Of a DNA stretch of 64,000 nt, positions 52,109 through 64,000 are shown piece after piece. The position numbers and the translations under genes are program-made. Below the pieces are notes generated by a model. The model had not been told where the DNA came from. It ran no database searches and saw nothing but the letters and a program-made list of their open reading frames with translations. This stretch comes from Antedon mediterranea. Taxonomy: Eukaryota; Animalia; Echinodermata. The stretch covers positions 6,882,001 through 6,946,000 of the forward strand of contig NC_092671.1 in the NCBI RefSeq assembly GCF_964355755.1, given 5' to 3'. Within the stretch, counting starts at the first letter, position 1. The number at the start of each line of letters is the position of its first letter.

Positions 52109-52534
52109 GTTATATTATTTATATGAATAAGTTGGAGTGTGTGACGTGTATTTGTGTAGTCTTTCAAAGTCATGTATAACACCTTGTTTTATATTGTATG
52201 CTTTTATTTTGTTGTCTATTTTAAGAATGTTATTTATTCCTTTTAGTGAAAATAAAAATGGAGCCATGAGGGGAGACAAAAGCTGTCAAAGACAACTATC
52301 GCCAAAGGGCGTGTTTTTTCAACTCCAGACAAGCAAAAATAAAATAAAGAGTTACAAAAATAGACTATGTACAATATTAAATTCGTGACAATAAGTGTAT
52401 GAAAATCTTTTAAAGCTAAAATTTATATTAATTAAACGTTTTTTGAACAAATTAAATCATCTTTTTATAATTATAAATGTTCCTAAATATTCCAGATCAA
52501 ACAGGTTACGTTTTATTTGAAGTGGCACTTCAGG

Positions 52535-52562
52535 CATGGAGTAAAGAATTCTTTACTCCATG
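52535..52562. repeat. Perfect 28-bp palindrome of the same CATGGAG family
   Basis: CATGGAGTAAAGAATTCTTTACTCCATG; flanks only partly duplicated (CTTCAGG / GTATAGG). Confidence 0.65.
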
Positions 52563-54603
52563 GTATAGGACTATTGCCACGGTAGTCTTAGCTTATTCAA
52601 ATCTGAATGTTAGATGTTCTTGATGATATTGGCTTTCTGATTAAGTGATTAACTTGATTAAAATTACAAAATGGCCTTTCAAAGTCCGATTTTTATTAAA
52701 CTTGATTTTTCATATTTTTGGGGGACAATACATCTTTAAATCAAATGCGTCATATCCGCTTCATGCTGCTAAATAAAGCAACACAATTGAGTGTATTGTT
52801 GTTAAGGTATTCATTAATTAATATTAATATTTGATGAATAAAATATGCCTTTATTGCGTACTTACAGAATCAATGGTAATATATAAAAGTTACAGGTAAT
52901 TCCATCAATTGTTCTACATTCAGAATAAGTTTCGACATCTAAACATTTTAACGATCCCCTCCAGCCTGTAACGTGCAAAACATTTTGATGTTCAAAATCA
53001 CATAATAAACATCATGGTTGTAATATTTTTGCTTAAGTCAAGGAGAAGTGCTTAAGTTAAAATTAATCAAACCCGGAATTAATTTTATCTTTTAAAATTA
53101 AATTCGTCATCATTTAAGAAAAAAATGACGTATAGGTTCGGAATGAAATTAGTCATCTAATATTTTAGAAAAAAAATTACGTATAGGCCTACTAGCACGG
53201 AATGAATTTACTTACGGTATGTTTTTATTAACTTAAGCAAAATCATTGAAAAAAAAGGTGGGGGTGGAGGTGCTTGTTTAAGCATGTTTCATAAATCTGG
53301 AATCATTGGTTTTTGTTCTTGTCTTCTTCTTGGTGTGGCTTCGTCAAGTTTGTCAAGCCATTGGAAGCCACACCAGCATCATTTTGGATGCCTCATCACC
53401 TGCAGCCTACGATGATTCATATAAATAAAGTTAATGATTAAAAACATCGTTCTTGTCTTTCGTTTTCCGCAATTGTATTTAAAAGGCTCAACGTATATAA
53501 TGTATTGTCTTTAAATTAATCAGAAATACATCTGACAAAAAACACCATAAACTTTTAGACACATTGTTTTTGTTTGTTTATTATATTGATAGTCTTTATT
53601 AGAGAGTGACCTGATGATATTTTGACCTTAGTTTAATTATTGGAGATATATTTATTATTAGTGCACGCACGAGTCCATCTATTAGCTTAATGACTCGGAG
53701 AGGCCAACACATGACTACTATCTGTTACTAGTGCGTCACTCTATATATACGTCGCGACGTCATCCCGTGATCTTTACTTTCATTTGCTTAAGCATCATCG
53801 TCACGTCATAGTCAATGTTTAAAATATACACAGATGATGTATTAATATAATAGTCTGAGAATATTCATTGTCAATGAACCCCTTGCAACGTCGTCATTTT
53901 TGCGTAGTATTAATTAGCTCGATTGGGATATCTGAATGCTATCGCTCTTTATGACGGGAAGAAACAACACAACAGGCGTTAATATTAAGTTCTTTCCTCA
54001 GAGCTGTAAGCGTGCACGTACGGATACGCGAAATAAATATGACTACATTCATCGATTGGCAAACAATAACAAATACACATTAAAATGTATTTATTCTACA
54101 CTACAGAGTACAGACGTATAGATACACAGATCGCATTAAAATATACTGTGAACCGTCAATTTAACCTTTTTTACATGTATGACGTAGGGAATGTTATGCT
54201 AAGGAATTTTTGATATTTTACGATTAGTTTTGTGACGTATTGTAACGCGTATACGCAAGCGTAATAATAATTATTCTAAAAAGTTTATCCGTCATTACGT
54301 GACAGATAGTGAACTTCCGCGTCTTTTCTATCATCACGAGTACATTAGGAGGAGGGGATACGGTTGACGTGCACATCCCCGGCCCCATTACACTAAACTC
54401 TTGGGGGGTCGTGAATGAGGCGAGAATTTCCCGATGAATAAAACTGTGCGCGTGTGATTGGCAAAATAATGTTCTATGGACCCTCCGAAAGTGCATACGG
54501 TCACAGTACGTGTTTAACTAGTAAGGGGTCTATATACGGTTCACATTTTGACCAATAGTTCGTTGTCAATGGATGTGCCACTTCACTAACATTAATAAAT
54601 TAA

Positions 54604-54712
54604 AGCTCTGTCTACACTATCAAACTAGTTCGACAAAAAAGTGCCCAAATATGGTAGTGATATGACATCCATATGGGCACAACACATAAAGTTTGATAGT
54701 GTAGACAGAGCT
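54604..54712. mobile_element. MITE family A copy, cleanest example
   Basis: TAA-AGCTCTGTCTACACTATCAAAC ... GTTTGATAGTGTAGACAGAGCT-TAA: perfect 22-bp TIRs and a 3-bp TAA TSD, as expected for PIF/Harbinger. Confidence 0.9.
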
Positions 54713-57700
54713 TAACATATATTCCATCTGGCTGTTGTATTACACTGTAGTATGGTAACTTTAATAACCACTGCCTGGGGTTGCGGACACAAATGTGTGC
54801 GCTCTGTTGCTGTCGCAACCCCTGGACCGCTTGTTGTCGAATAAAGAAATGAAATGAACATCAGCAATCAATTTTTAGCTTTTCAAGTAAAGGAAATAAC
54901 CAAAATGAATGAAAAACAACCACAAATAATGTTGAGAAATTTATTATATAATTTATGTAGATCTCAATACAGCGAGCGAGACACTTTGCCCTTTATCACA
55001 GGCTACCTATCATCGCATAAAATCCCCCAAATTTGTAATCATATTATTAATCTAATGTACACACACCATCATCATACACAACCTTTCACTCTTGACTCTA
55101 ACAAAATGGTTCTAAATAGATAAAATATAATACCCCTATAGGACATGGTGTCGTAAGAAAAAGAGAGATTATTAATAATTAAGGATAAAAATAGAATGGT
55201 TTTAATTACAAAATAAGTATTATTCTACGTTTTCGGTGCTGACATTTGACTTTTTTTCACATTTTTGTTTTAATTATACATTACAATTATACACTAACAT
55301 ATTATACATACATATACACAATAATATCCCCACTGTATATAGAATGTGTGTATTGTATACTAAATACAAAATATTTAACTGAGGTTAAGAAAGATGTATT
55401 AACCACTGTGAAATGAAATAAAATAGGATATTGAAATGTTTACATTTAAATTAGATTAATAAAATGTATTAAATATTTTAATTACTAGCATATATTAAAA
55501 TATGGATTGAATGTAAAGATGTAAATGTGTTGCAACGGGTAGTGGTGTTTTTCGCTCTATTCATGATTGATTACATCTTGTGTCTCTCCAGTGTTTGCTT
55601 GTAGCAATACTAATGCCAAATTAGTGGTAGGCCTATAGACTTTATACCAAACATGTAGGTGCTGTAAAAATGTATTTAATTGCTGGTTTTAACCAAATCA
55701 ATTGCAATGTTTATTTCTTGAAACTGAGACAAATGTAATGCCACAAATACATAACACAACATTTACAATAAAAATATGATGGTTTATGTTAGTCCCATTA
55801 GTATCATCATCAATAGAAGAATGTTTATTATTGTACTGTAATTATAATCTTTTTACACTACCAATATTAAACACATATCACCTCAAGTTTTGAATTACTG
55901 GGTGGTCAAAATCTATCTCTAAAAATAACCTAAAGCTTACAATAAAACAAAAAGGCGTTTTTTTTTTCTTAAAAATTGCATTTAATATTTGATCAATTAT
56001 AATATGTTTTTAAATTTGTGTTGCTTAAAATTAATTAGAATTTTAGCCATGTCAGTTGTTGACGATGGCTATACACTACACAACAAACAGATTAATTATA
56101 TACTACTTTAGACCAGCTTTACTATAGAATTGAAAATTAATTATATGTTTGTATACTGTATATCAATAACGACAGTGAGCGCTAACGTATTACACATAAT
56201 GTATGTATGAATGGTAGGTAGTGAAGCGTGACCGATATGTCCTGTAATTATCATGGGTTTATTAAACTAGGTCATTGGGTACATATTAATAAACCCCATT
56301 TAAATAAAGCACTCCCAATTTAATCTTCAAAAGAAAAATAAATATTTTAAATGGTTTAAAACCTAAATTATTATTATTACTAAATTAAGAAGAATCAAAT
56401 AACAATACATTTAAAATACACAAATTGTAGTTATTAATCTGGTAAAAGAAGAAAATGATTTCCATTTCCAACTTTTGCATGTCGACACAAAAATCCTATA
56501 TTCAGTGAATGTGCATTTATGAAAAATTTGTTAGTGTTGAGAACAGTGAAAACATAGAACTGTATTGTGTTTCAGAATGTTTACAACTGTAATAGTGTGA
56601 CTGGGGGATAGGTTGAGGTAGCCACATTCCATAGTTCCAACAAGTACTTGATGACCTATGACCTACAACATACTCAATGACTAAGCTTGAGCCTATTGTA
56701 AATTATCCTGAGAACCAAATAAAAGCCATAATATACCAATAATGAAACAAATTTCAATTTCAGTATGGTACAATGAAATACAGGCTTTTTAAAGAATATA
56801 ACCAATTACAGAATAAACGCTAGGAAGTCCAAAGCTTATTTTTCATAGTTAGATGATAATAATATCTGTTCTTGTACAATACAACAGATAATCTTAATAA
56901 TGTATCCATTAATCTTAGAATTCTGCCTAGCAGAATGCTCTTGTGTTTGATATCTAGTAATGTAATCAGTTCATTGTATGTCTATGTAGAGGTTAAGAAA
57001 TGATGCTGATAATTGATACTAGGAAAAAGCATACACAGACCAGACTGGTTTAAGCTGGTCTGATATTATCCTTTAAGAGTTAACAACATGCGTGTAGATA
57101 TAATAATAATAATAATAATACAAAAACAATATTCAATTTTTAATTGTTATTTTGAAACATTAGAGATATATAATAATACAAAAAATTAAATTTTAATTTG
57201 AAATATTTGAGATGGCACATAAATATACTGATACTTAATAATAATTTCTAGAATAGGAATATGATTTCCAGCAATATTTATTTTATTTGAAATTATAAAC
57301 TCAAAATGATTCTTATTGATTCTAGTAAATATGCAATAAAGATATATAAGGGAAAATCAAACGACATAGTCAAAACATAAAGAAAGAAGCAAAATCTGTT
57401 ATTCACCATCCTACATAAAGTAATTTTAAAAAGACAAAACAATAATACGCTTCTGTTTAACAACATTTGAGGACATAAAACTTAATTCTACAATTATACA
57501 TTTCTACTTCATGATTTTCAAATATAACAATAAATATTTAGGACACACAAACTAGTTGTGTCAAGAACGACTATAATATAAGAAGGTACAGTATTACTCA
57601 ATATGCGCGGTATAAAATCTTAAACTTTCCTACCCTACCCTTTTAAACATATCCAACCCGTTTCAAACACACTTTCAACCAGTTTTTGTTTTCAATATCC

Positions 57701-57889
57701 ATACACAAATAAAGCAGCAAGGGTAAATAGAATTGCATTAAATAAATTTTAGTCAACATGAATGAACTATAAACAAGATAACAGCCATCATACAAAACAC
57801 ATTTTAGCAGCGAAAAGGATCACAATTTCTATAACATTAGTAGAAAACATAATTTAAATAAACCTTATTTTAGACAGGTTACCCTTTTA

Positions 57890-58187
57890 AGTTCTGTCTA
57901 CACTACAATATGTGAAATAAAAAATATGATGTGCCCGCATATATGGACACGATGATGTCATATCATGGCCATATTTGGGCACATCACACATTTTTTGTCG
58001 AACTAGTTTCATAGTGTAGACAGAGCTTAAGGTTTGGTTCCAACTTGGATACAACGCAAGATCGTAAGCGCACTGCAAGTAATTTGACCAACGATGACAC
58101 AATGAATCATTCGAACTGTTGGTTGTGATTGGTCAACTCACTTGAGTTGCACCTACGTCGTTTTGTTGCGTCCAAGTGAACCAAGCT
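57890..58187. mobile_element. Adjacent MITEs: family A (57890-58027) then family B (~58030-58187)
   Basis: Family A TIRs followed across TAA by GGTTTGGTTCCAACTTGG...CCAAGTGAACCAAGCT. Confidence 0.75.
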
Positions 58188-61160
58188 TTGTAGTTGTCAG
58201 CACATTCACTGCAGGATACATGGCAACGATAATTTGCAAATAAGTGTGCCATTTTAAATTTACCTACTGTATAATTAACTTTACAAATACGGCCAAACAA
58301 ATAAAATTTCACGGCTAAAATGCTGTATGAAAATGGCTTAGATCAATGATGTATTATCGAGCTAACTGCTCAAACAGAATCAGACAAGTGAATCAAGCTT
58401 AAAATGCAATGTTCATTAGAGAAACGTACACATTAGAAATCGTATATCAAACCTCTAGCCTACAGTACACAAATGATGTATGAATGAACTCTGAACAGCA
58501 ACCCTAAATGCATGAGCAAGCAACAGCATGCATTTTATATTTGTCAAAAATTGAATAAAACTGCTTATGCATAAATATTCTTTACAAATTAAATGTCGAT
58601 GGTTTAAACAAAAAATCTGGTGACACAGCAGCACAGCCAAAACTTTTGGTTTACTGTATTAAATTATTTGTAAAAATTATAATAAATTATTTGTAAAAAT
58701 TGTAATAAATTTTTTTTTTTAAACAACCTTTATAAGGCTTATTGGCAGATTATATCACTGGCTACAAAAATGACATCATCAGCCTAATTACAGATAGATA
58801 ACAACATTGATCAAATAATGATGTCAGTATCAACCGATAAGATCATGAAACATCAGGTGACATTAAACAACTACATGAATGACAGTTAGTTTAGACCATA
58901 TCACTGCCAGATAAATTACAGTATTACAAACATTAACAATGAAGGTTTAACTGAAATTATAGAAAAAAACAGTAATTATTTGAATAAAATAGTGAATTCT
59001 GACACATATGGATACATTGTTATGTCATATTAAAATGAGATTATTGGTAAACTGTATATTATCCACAAGTGGAAATGAAATTAAATGCCTATATAATCTC
59101 AACCTTATCATGTAATGTGTTTATGATATTATGCCATATTGGTTTTTATTTTACGGTTCCATTATAAAATTGAATTACTGTAGGAAGGTGTGGGTTAAAA
59201 GTTGCCATACATCTGCTTTCACATTTACAAGTCACCAAGAAATAATGTTAAAATATAGCAATATCTGTGTTTTGGCCAACTCTAACGTGAATTTAACCGA
59301 AAAATCATTTTACAATTACAGTTCAATTCATATCAGAGTTAGGCAAATCGTCTTACTACAGACGTAACTACTGGTAATTGTTATCACAATAATCAGTTAT
59401 AGTAATAGTCATTATTTTAGTAATTTTGCATGAATGTTTGAATGCCGCAAATATCAAATAAGCCCATAACTTTAAAAACCACCAACTATTGACTATCGAA
59501 AAAGTGACTGGGTATACTATAAAGATATTGTGATTTCTAACTAGATATTTGAAATACACAATTATCTAGTTTTATAATGCAAAGACCAAATTAATATCCA
59601 ACTTACTGATACTGTTATATAAATTGTGAGGGGGCAGGAATTACCAGAACCAAAAATACTTTGCACTGACTTTTTAAAGCAGTGTTTTCTTAATAATTTG
59701 TAATATTATGATTAGTGGACAAATTCTGGATGAAGTCAACCAGTACTATATGATCACAAGAATACAAAACATTGGACCAATTGGATCTAGATAATATAGG
59801 ACGACATTAGTCCTGCATTTAATATATCACCTATAAGAAAAGTAGTGAAATGTACTATATAATGTGCTTTGAATTTATTTTTTTTAAACCCATAATGAAC
59901 CAGGCATGCTCACTCTAAATTGATACCTTTCAAATAACTTCCTTATTGCTGAAAATGAAGTTTCATTTTCTTAATATCACGAAAAATTGATGATAATTAC
60001 TTTCCTTCAGGTCTAAAATTCCTTTGGAATTTAGTGAACGTTATGTTACAGCTTGGATGATAAAATGCTGTGGTGAGTAACACTTAGAATGCATAATGAG
60101 CCTGGTTGAAGGGATGTTGATTCTAGGTGTAGGTTGAAGGAAATCGCATAATAGCCTGAAATTGCAACTTAATCCATATGACGGAATCAACTCATACTAC
60201 TGATAATTTCATTGGTTTCCTCAGAAATCATCAGAGATTCCAAGATATACTATAGCAGCAATGGAGAGTGATCGTGATGCCAACTTATATATAGAATTCG
60301 CAATAGAAAACTCAAGCAATATTTTCATAATATGAAATTAAAAACATGCACGAGATTTACTATTTTACAAGGTTTGCAGTGAAAATATCTAGGTGTGCAG
60401 CACTACAGTAAAAATGGTAGACAAATTTTCCCTGTAGTGTAAATATATTCTGATAGTAATTTCATTTTACTACAGCATGCCAATGGAGCGACAATAAAAT
60501 GAGAAGGTGTGGCATATGACTCATTTCTCTTATAGATTTCCACAAACTGTACCGTATATCTCAGAATGTTTGCAACAAATATGCTATAGTAGTGCAGTGA
60601 GATTGAAGACAAAACTCCAGCCAATTACGTTATTCATAGAGAATATCAATAAGTCTATGAGAATGGTTGAAATCATTGAAGCAAGGTAGCATTTGAAACA
60701 AGTGTCGCTTCTTATTTGTTGCCACTGGTTACAAGTCTCAAATGGCCCTACTATTTCTCAAATAAAGTAGTAAAGTGTAGATTTAAATAAATGTTATGAT
60801 AGTGGATTCTGTGGTATATTATATAGGGAGGCAATCATGTACATACAGTAAGTTATAAGTATCAGTATACTATATAACTATATGATGCTGATTTATTCCA
60901 TGTGTAGTAGGCTAGTGTTAATCAAAATAATGCGTATGTCATTTGTGATAAAGCAACAGAAGTTCAATGAAAATCACATGAATGACGTATATTGTTGCCA
61001 TGATTTACTCATCTTTACATTAATGAGGCGCTGATACTGCAAGGAAATGAAAACGGCAATTATACAGCCTATAAAATGTATCACTATTTAATCCATGTGT
61101 ACGGCTAAAGAAAAACAAAAACACACGCGTAAAGTCTAGTCCATCCCATAAAGTTTTCTA

Positions 61161-62018
61161 TTACAGCTTCTGAATCTTCTCACCAACTATGACTGGGTTA
61201 TTTTTCCTAATTTCTTCTTGTCCGAGCATTCTGTAATCAAATGAACACTCATGTTTATCCGAGTACCGATGTATACTACAATAGAGACCGCCGCATCGAC
61301 ATTGAAAACCTGTGAAGAGAAAAAAAAAATTAATTAATAGCTTTTGAAAATAAAAGCCACACAATTTATCAATCTAAAGAAGATTTTGTGAACTAAATTC
61401 CCAACATCTGGAAGCATTGCGCAAAGTTATGGCTGCTAGATAGATGATAATAATAATCCTTCTATTACCGGTAGTTATTACCTAGATATCAAATCAATGT
61501 CTTACTGTACGTCAACATTTCTGATTTAGTCTCAAGAATACATTTTAAATTGTAGAAAAGAAATTGTGAATATTGAGCTACATTCGTACAATCAAAATGT
61601 ATCCAATTTTCAGAGAGTATGGCTCTATTCTCAAGTTTGTAATTTCGAACACAAAATGAGCAATTTAATTTTGTACAATGTTACTGTATGCTTTTCATGA
61701 AACAAATACTTTTATTGTTGCAATCTTCCTCACCTGTAAGTCCAACTTTCTTTCGGCATGTATTACATCTATTTTTCTTTGATTTCTTTTTACCGTCGGG
61801 TGATTCTTCTTCAGCGCAAGGCATGGCTGAATCTACGGTATCTGTGCTTACATTGGAACATGCGGTTTCTTCTAATTTTGTCTCTTCTTGACGTTCAGAT
61901 TTTTTGTTGCTGTCTCTTGAAATTGATGAGCAAATTGACATTGAGGCAGACACTGCATTACTAAGGGTGTGAGATACTGTCATATTACTGGCTGGACTTG
62001 TATTGCTAGATGCAACAG
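61161..62018 (-). CDS. AN1-type zinc finger protein, ZFAND5/ZFAND6-like, last two coding exons
   Basis: Exons 62018-61734 and 61309-61161: [16 protein letters not shown]|[25 protein letters not shown]...[16 protein letters not shown]. The A20-finger exon is not seen in the window. Confidence 0.92.
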
Positions 62019-62149
62019 CTGAAAAACACAACAAAAAATATAATACTGTAATGCTAAATTATAACATATTCGCAATTTATTATGCAGGTGTTAAGACAGA
62101 AATCATTTTGTGTGAGAATACAGTAAGTTTTCACTGTGCATTAACTTTC

Positions 62150-62450
62150 TTATAATATAATAATATACTGTAATATTCCTTCTTATAGCGCTTATTGCAC
62201 AATGCTTCTAAGCGGTTCACATTAATACCCATTGCCCTTTTTATTTAAAACACGTACTGTATGAAAACATACTGCAGCTAGTAAATCAGCGCAAAGTTAG
62301 TTGTGTCTTTATCTAACCATGTACCCATTTTTTATACACCTGGGTAGAAAGAGGCAAACGTAAGTAAAGTATCTTGCCTAAGGATACAAGCAATACGGCG
62401 AGAGTTGGATTTGAACTCGCAATCAGTAATCCAACACAATGGGCCACATT
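62150..62450 (-). mobile_element. tRNA-derived SINE with CORE/Meta-like domain and L2-like tail
   Basis: Minus strand: B-box GAGTTCAAATCC, GTATCCTTAGGCAAGATACTT, CTACCCAGGTGTATAAAAAATGGGTAC, tail GCGCTATAAG followed by TATTA repeats. Confidence 0.65.
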
Positions 62451-63107
62451 ATGTCATGTTCAATACCTGTTTTTATTTACAACAAAGATGTTTTCATTGT
62501 CTTTTTCTTTTGTTTATTATAATGTTGTAATTTTAATCTTTTTGTATCAGATAATAACAATACTTCGTGGTTAATTGTTCTTCAAATTAATTGTTTCCTG
62601 TACAGAAGTTGAATATTGACAAAGGACACTACTAGCTACACTTACTACAGTATATCATCTTTTATTACGTTACCCATTTTTAACACTTAAGTCTTAGCAA
62701 TGGATTTAATATTGTTGTTTATGTTTTTTATAAATATGATAATTATGTTGTTTTGATTTCTTTGGGCTTGTAATACTAGTTTTTAATGTTGTAGCCTTGA
62801 ATAAGTATTAAATACTACACTAAATAACCTATAAATAACTTATGGATAAGGTTGTTGGCATTTATTCAAAAGCTAATATTATTGGGCGGTTGACTCAACA
62901 TAACATTTAATTACTGTACAGAACATGTAAAAATTGAATAGAAATTAATGAAATAATTTTTTTAAATAATTCGGCATTATAAAGAACTGTTTAGAATGCA
63001 CTTATTATACTGTACAACATTGATTCTTGTACAGACTTCAAACCAGTAATTTTTTGGAACAAAAGTTCAAATACCTCTTTGACCTTGAACAATGAGTAAA
63101 ATATCAA

Positions 63108-64000
63108 CTAGGTCGTGTTCGTACGGTGGTTAAAATAAGCGCTTAATTTCACCCATGCCTCGGGTTATAAATTGAGCGTTGTTCGTACTTGAAATATTTA
63201 ACCGCTTAAATGCTTAATCGACGAATCACAAACCGGAAATTACGTTTTAAGGTCAGTTGTCTTTACAACCTACGACCCCATTTTCGCACGCTAGTTTCGT
63301 GTTGTATATTTTTTACTCGCGATCTTTCTTTACAATAACAATTACTTGCTACCTTTTACACTGCTTATCCTTGCGACAAACCTTATGCCTCTTAACGCCG
63401 ATAATCCTGCCGAAATATGCCTTCTCCTGACGACCATTATTTTACTCATTGACGAAGAATTTGAGCCCAATGTTACACGACGGAAACACCACCGACCAGC
63501 GGCTCCCCGACCAGCTAGGCCTACTAAGCGGTCTACACCAACAAGGACAGCACCAGCTGACGATCGCTCTCGAAGCGTGTATGGAAGAGCTTCGTAGGAG
63601 AAATGACGGGCCTAGGCAGCGAACGTTTGTCAAAATTTGACACATTGCCTCTATCGGAGATTTATTATCCTCGAAGGCCGAGTATAATTGGATTATCGCT
63701 GAAATAACCTGCAAATTTGGTGAACATTTTACCTCGAATTTTTTGTAGCCTGAGGCAAAAGTTAATTGGATCACGCGAACGGAAATCGGGAATAAGCTGG
63801 TATTTTCAACCCCTACGAACAGGCCCCTAGACAATGTCCTTGCCCACATTGAGTGAGTGTCTACTGAATTTAAAAATATCCACTCATCATCATATAGTAC
63901 TGAGTGTAAACAAGACTAAATATTCACTCACAAGGGAGAATGACAAATCGAATTCTAAGAAGAAACTCCTGATAGTAAAGTATTTAATATCAGTTTATTG
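63108..64000 (+). mobile_element. Possible decayed PIF/Harbinger transposase fragment in a ZFAND intron
   Basis: CpG-rich block beginning AGGTCGTGTTCGTAC; a stop-interrupted frame MEELRRRND...GDLLS...PEAKV...GNKL loosely resembles the Harbinger nuclease N-terminus. Weak, from recall only. Confidence 0.35.

Noticed and set aside
54147-54545. TIR element bounded by TGTGAACCGT / ACGGTTCACA
   Set aside because: Only a 10-bp perfect match, no TSD and no second copy in the window; plausible but unsupported.

Overview
AT-rich, intron-containing metazoan DNA, probably from a marine invertebrate (the organism cannot be fixed from sequence alone). Seven spliced protein-coding genes can be reconstructed by hand: two convergent ADAM10/Kuzbanian-like paralogs (+ 617..6088, 5' part outside the window; - 11949..23939, complete), PDSS1 (-) head-to-head with ANKMY2 (+), CHMP5 (+), a four-TM ENTREP/FAM189/TMEM255-like gene with a long PPxY-bearing tail (+), and the 3' exons of an AN1 zinc-finger gene of the ZFAND5/6 type (-). 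Introns and intergenic DNA are full of MITEs, tRNA-derived SINEs and tandem repeats. The most notable signals are: (1) a ~195-bp non-coding retroelement family carrying a minimal, dimer-type hammerhead ribozyme, with a third copy truncated almost exactly at the predicted cleavage site; (2) a dispersed set of 17-46 bp hairpins flanked by 7-bp duplications that look like P/Galileo-superfamily excision footprints; (3) an AT-AC U12 minor-spliceosome intron at the identical position in both ADAM10 paralogs, which otherwise differ reciprocally in intron content. All coordinates were read manually and may be off by a few bases.
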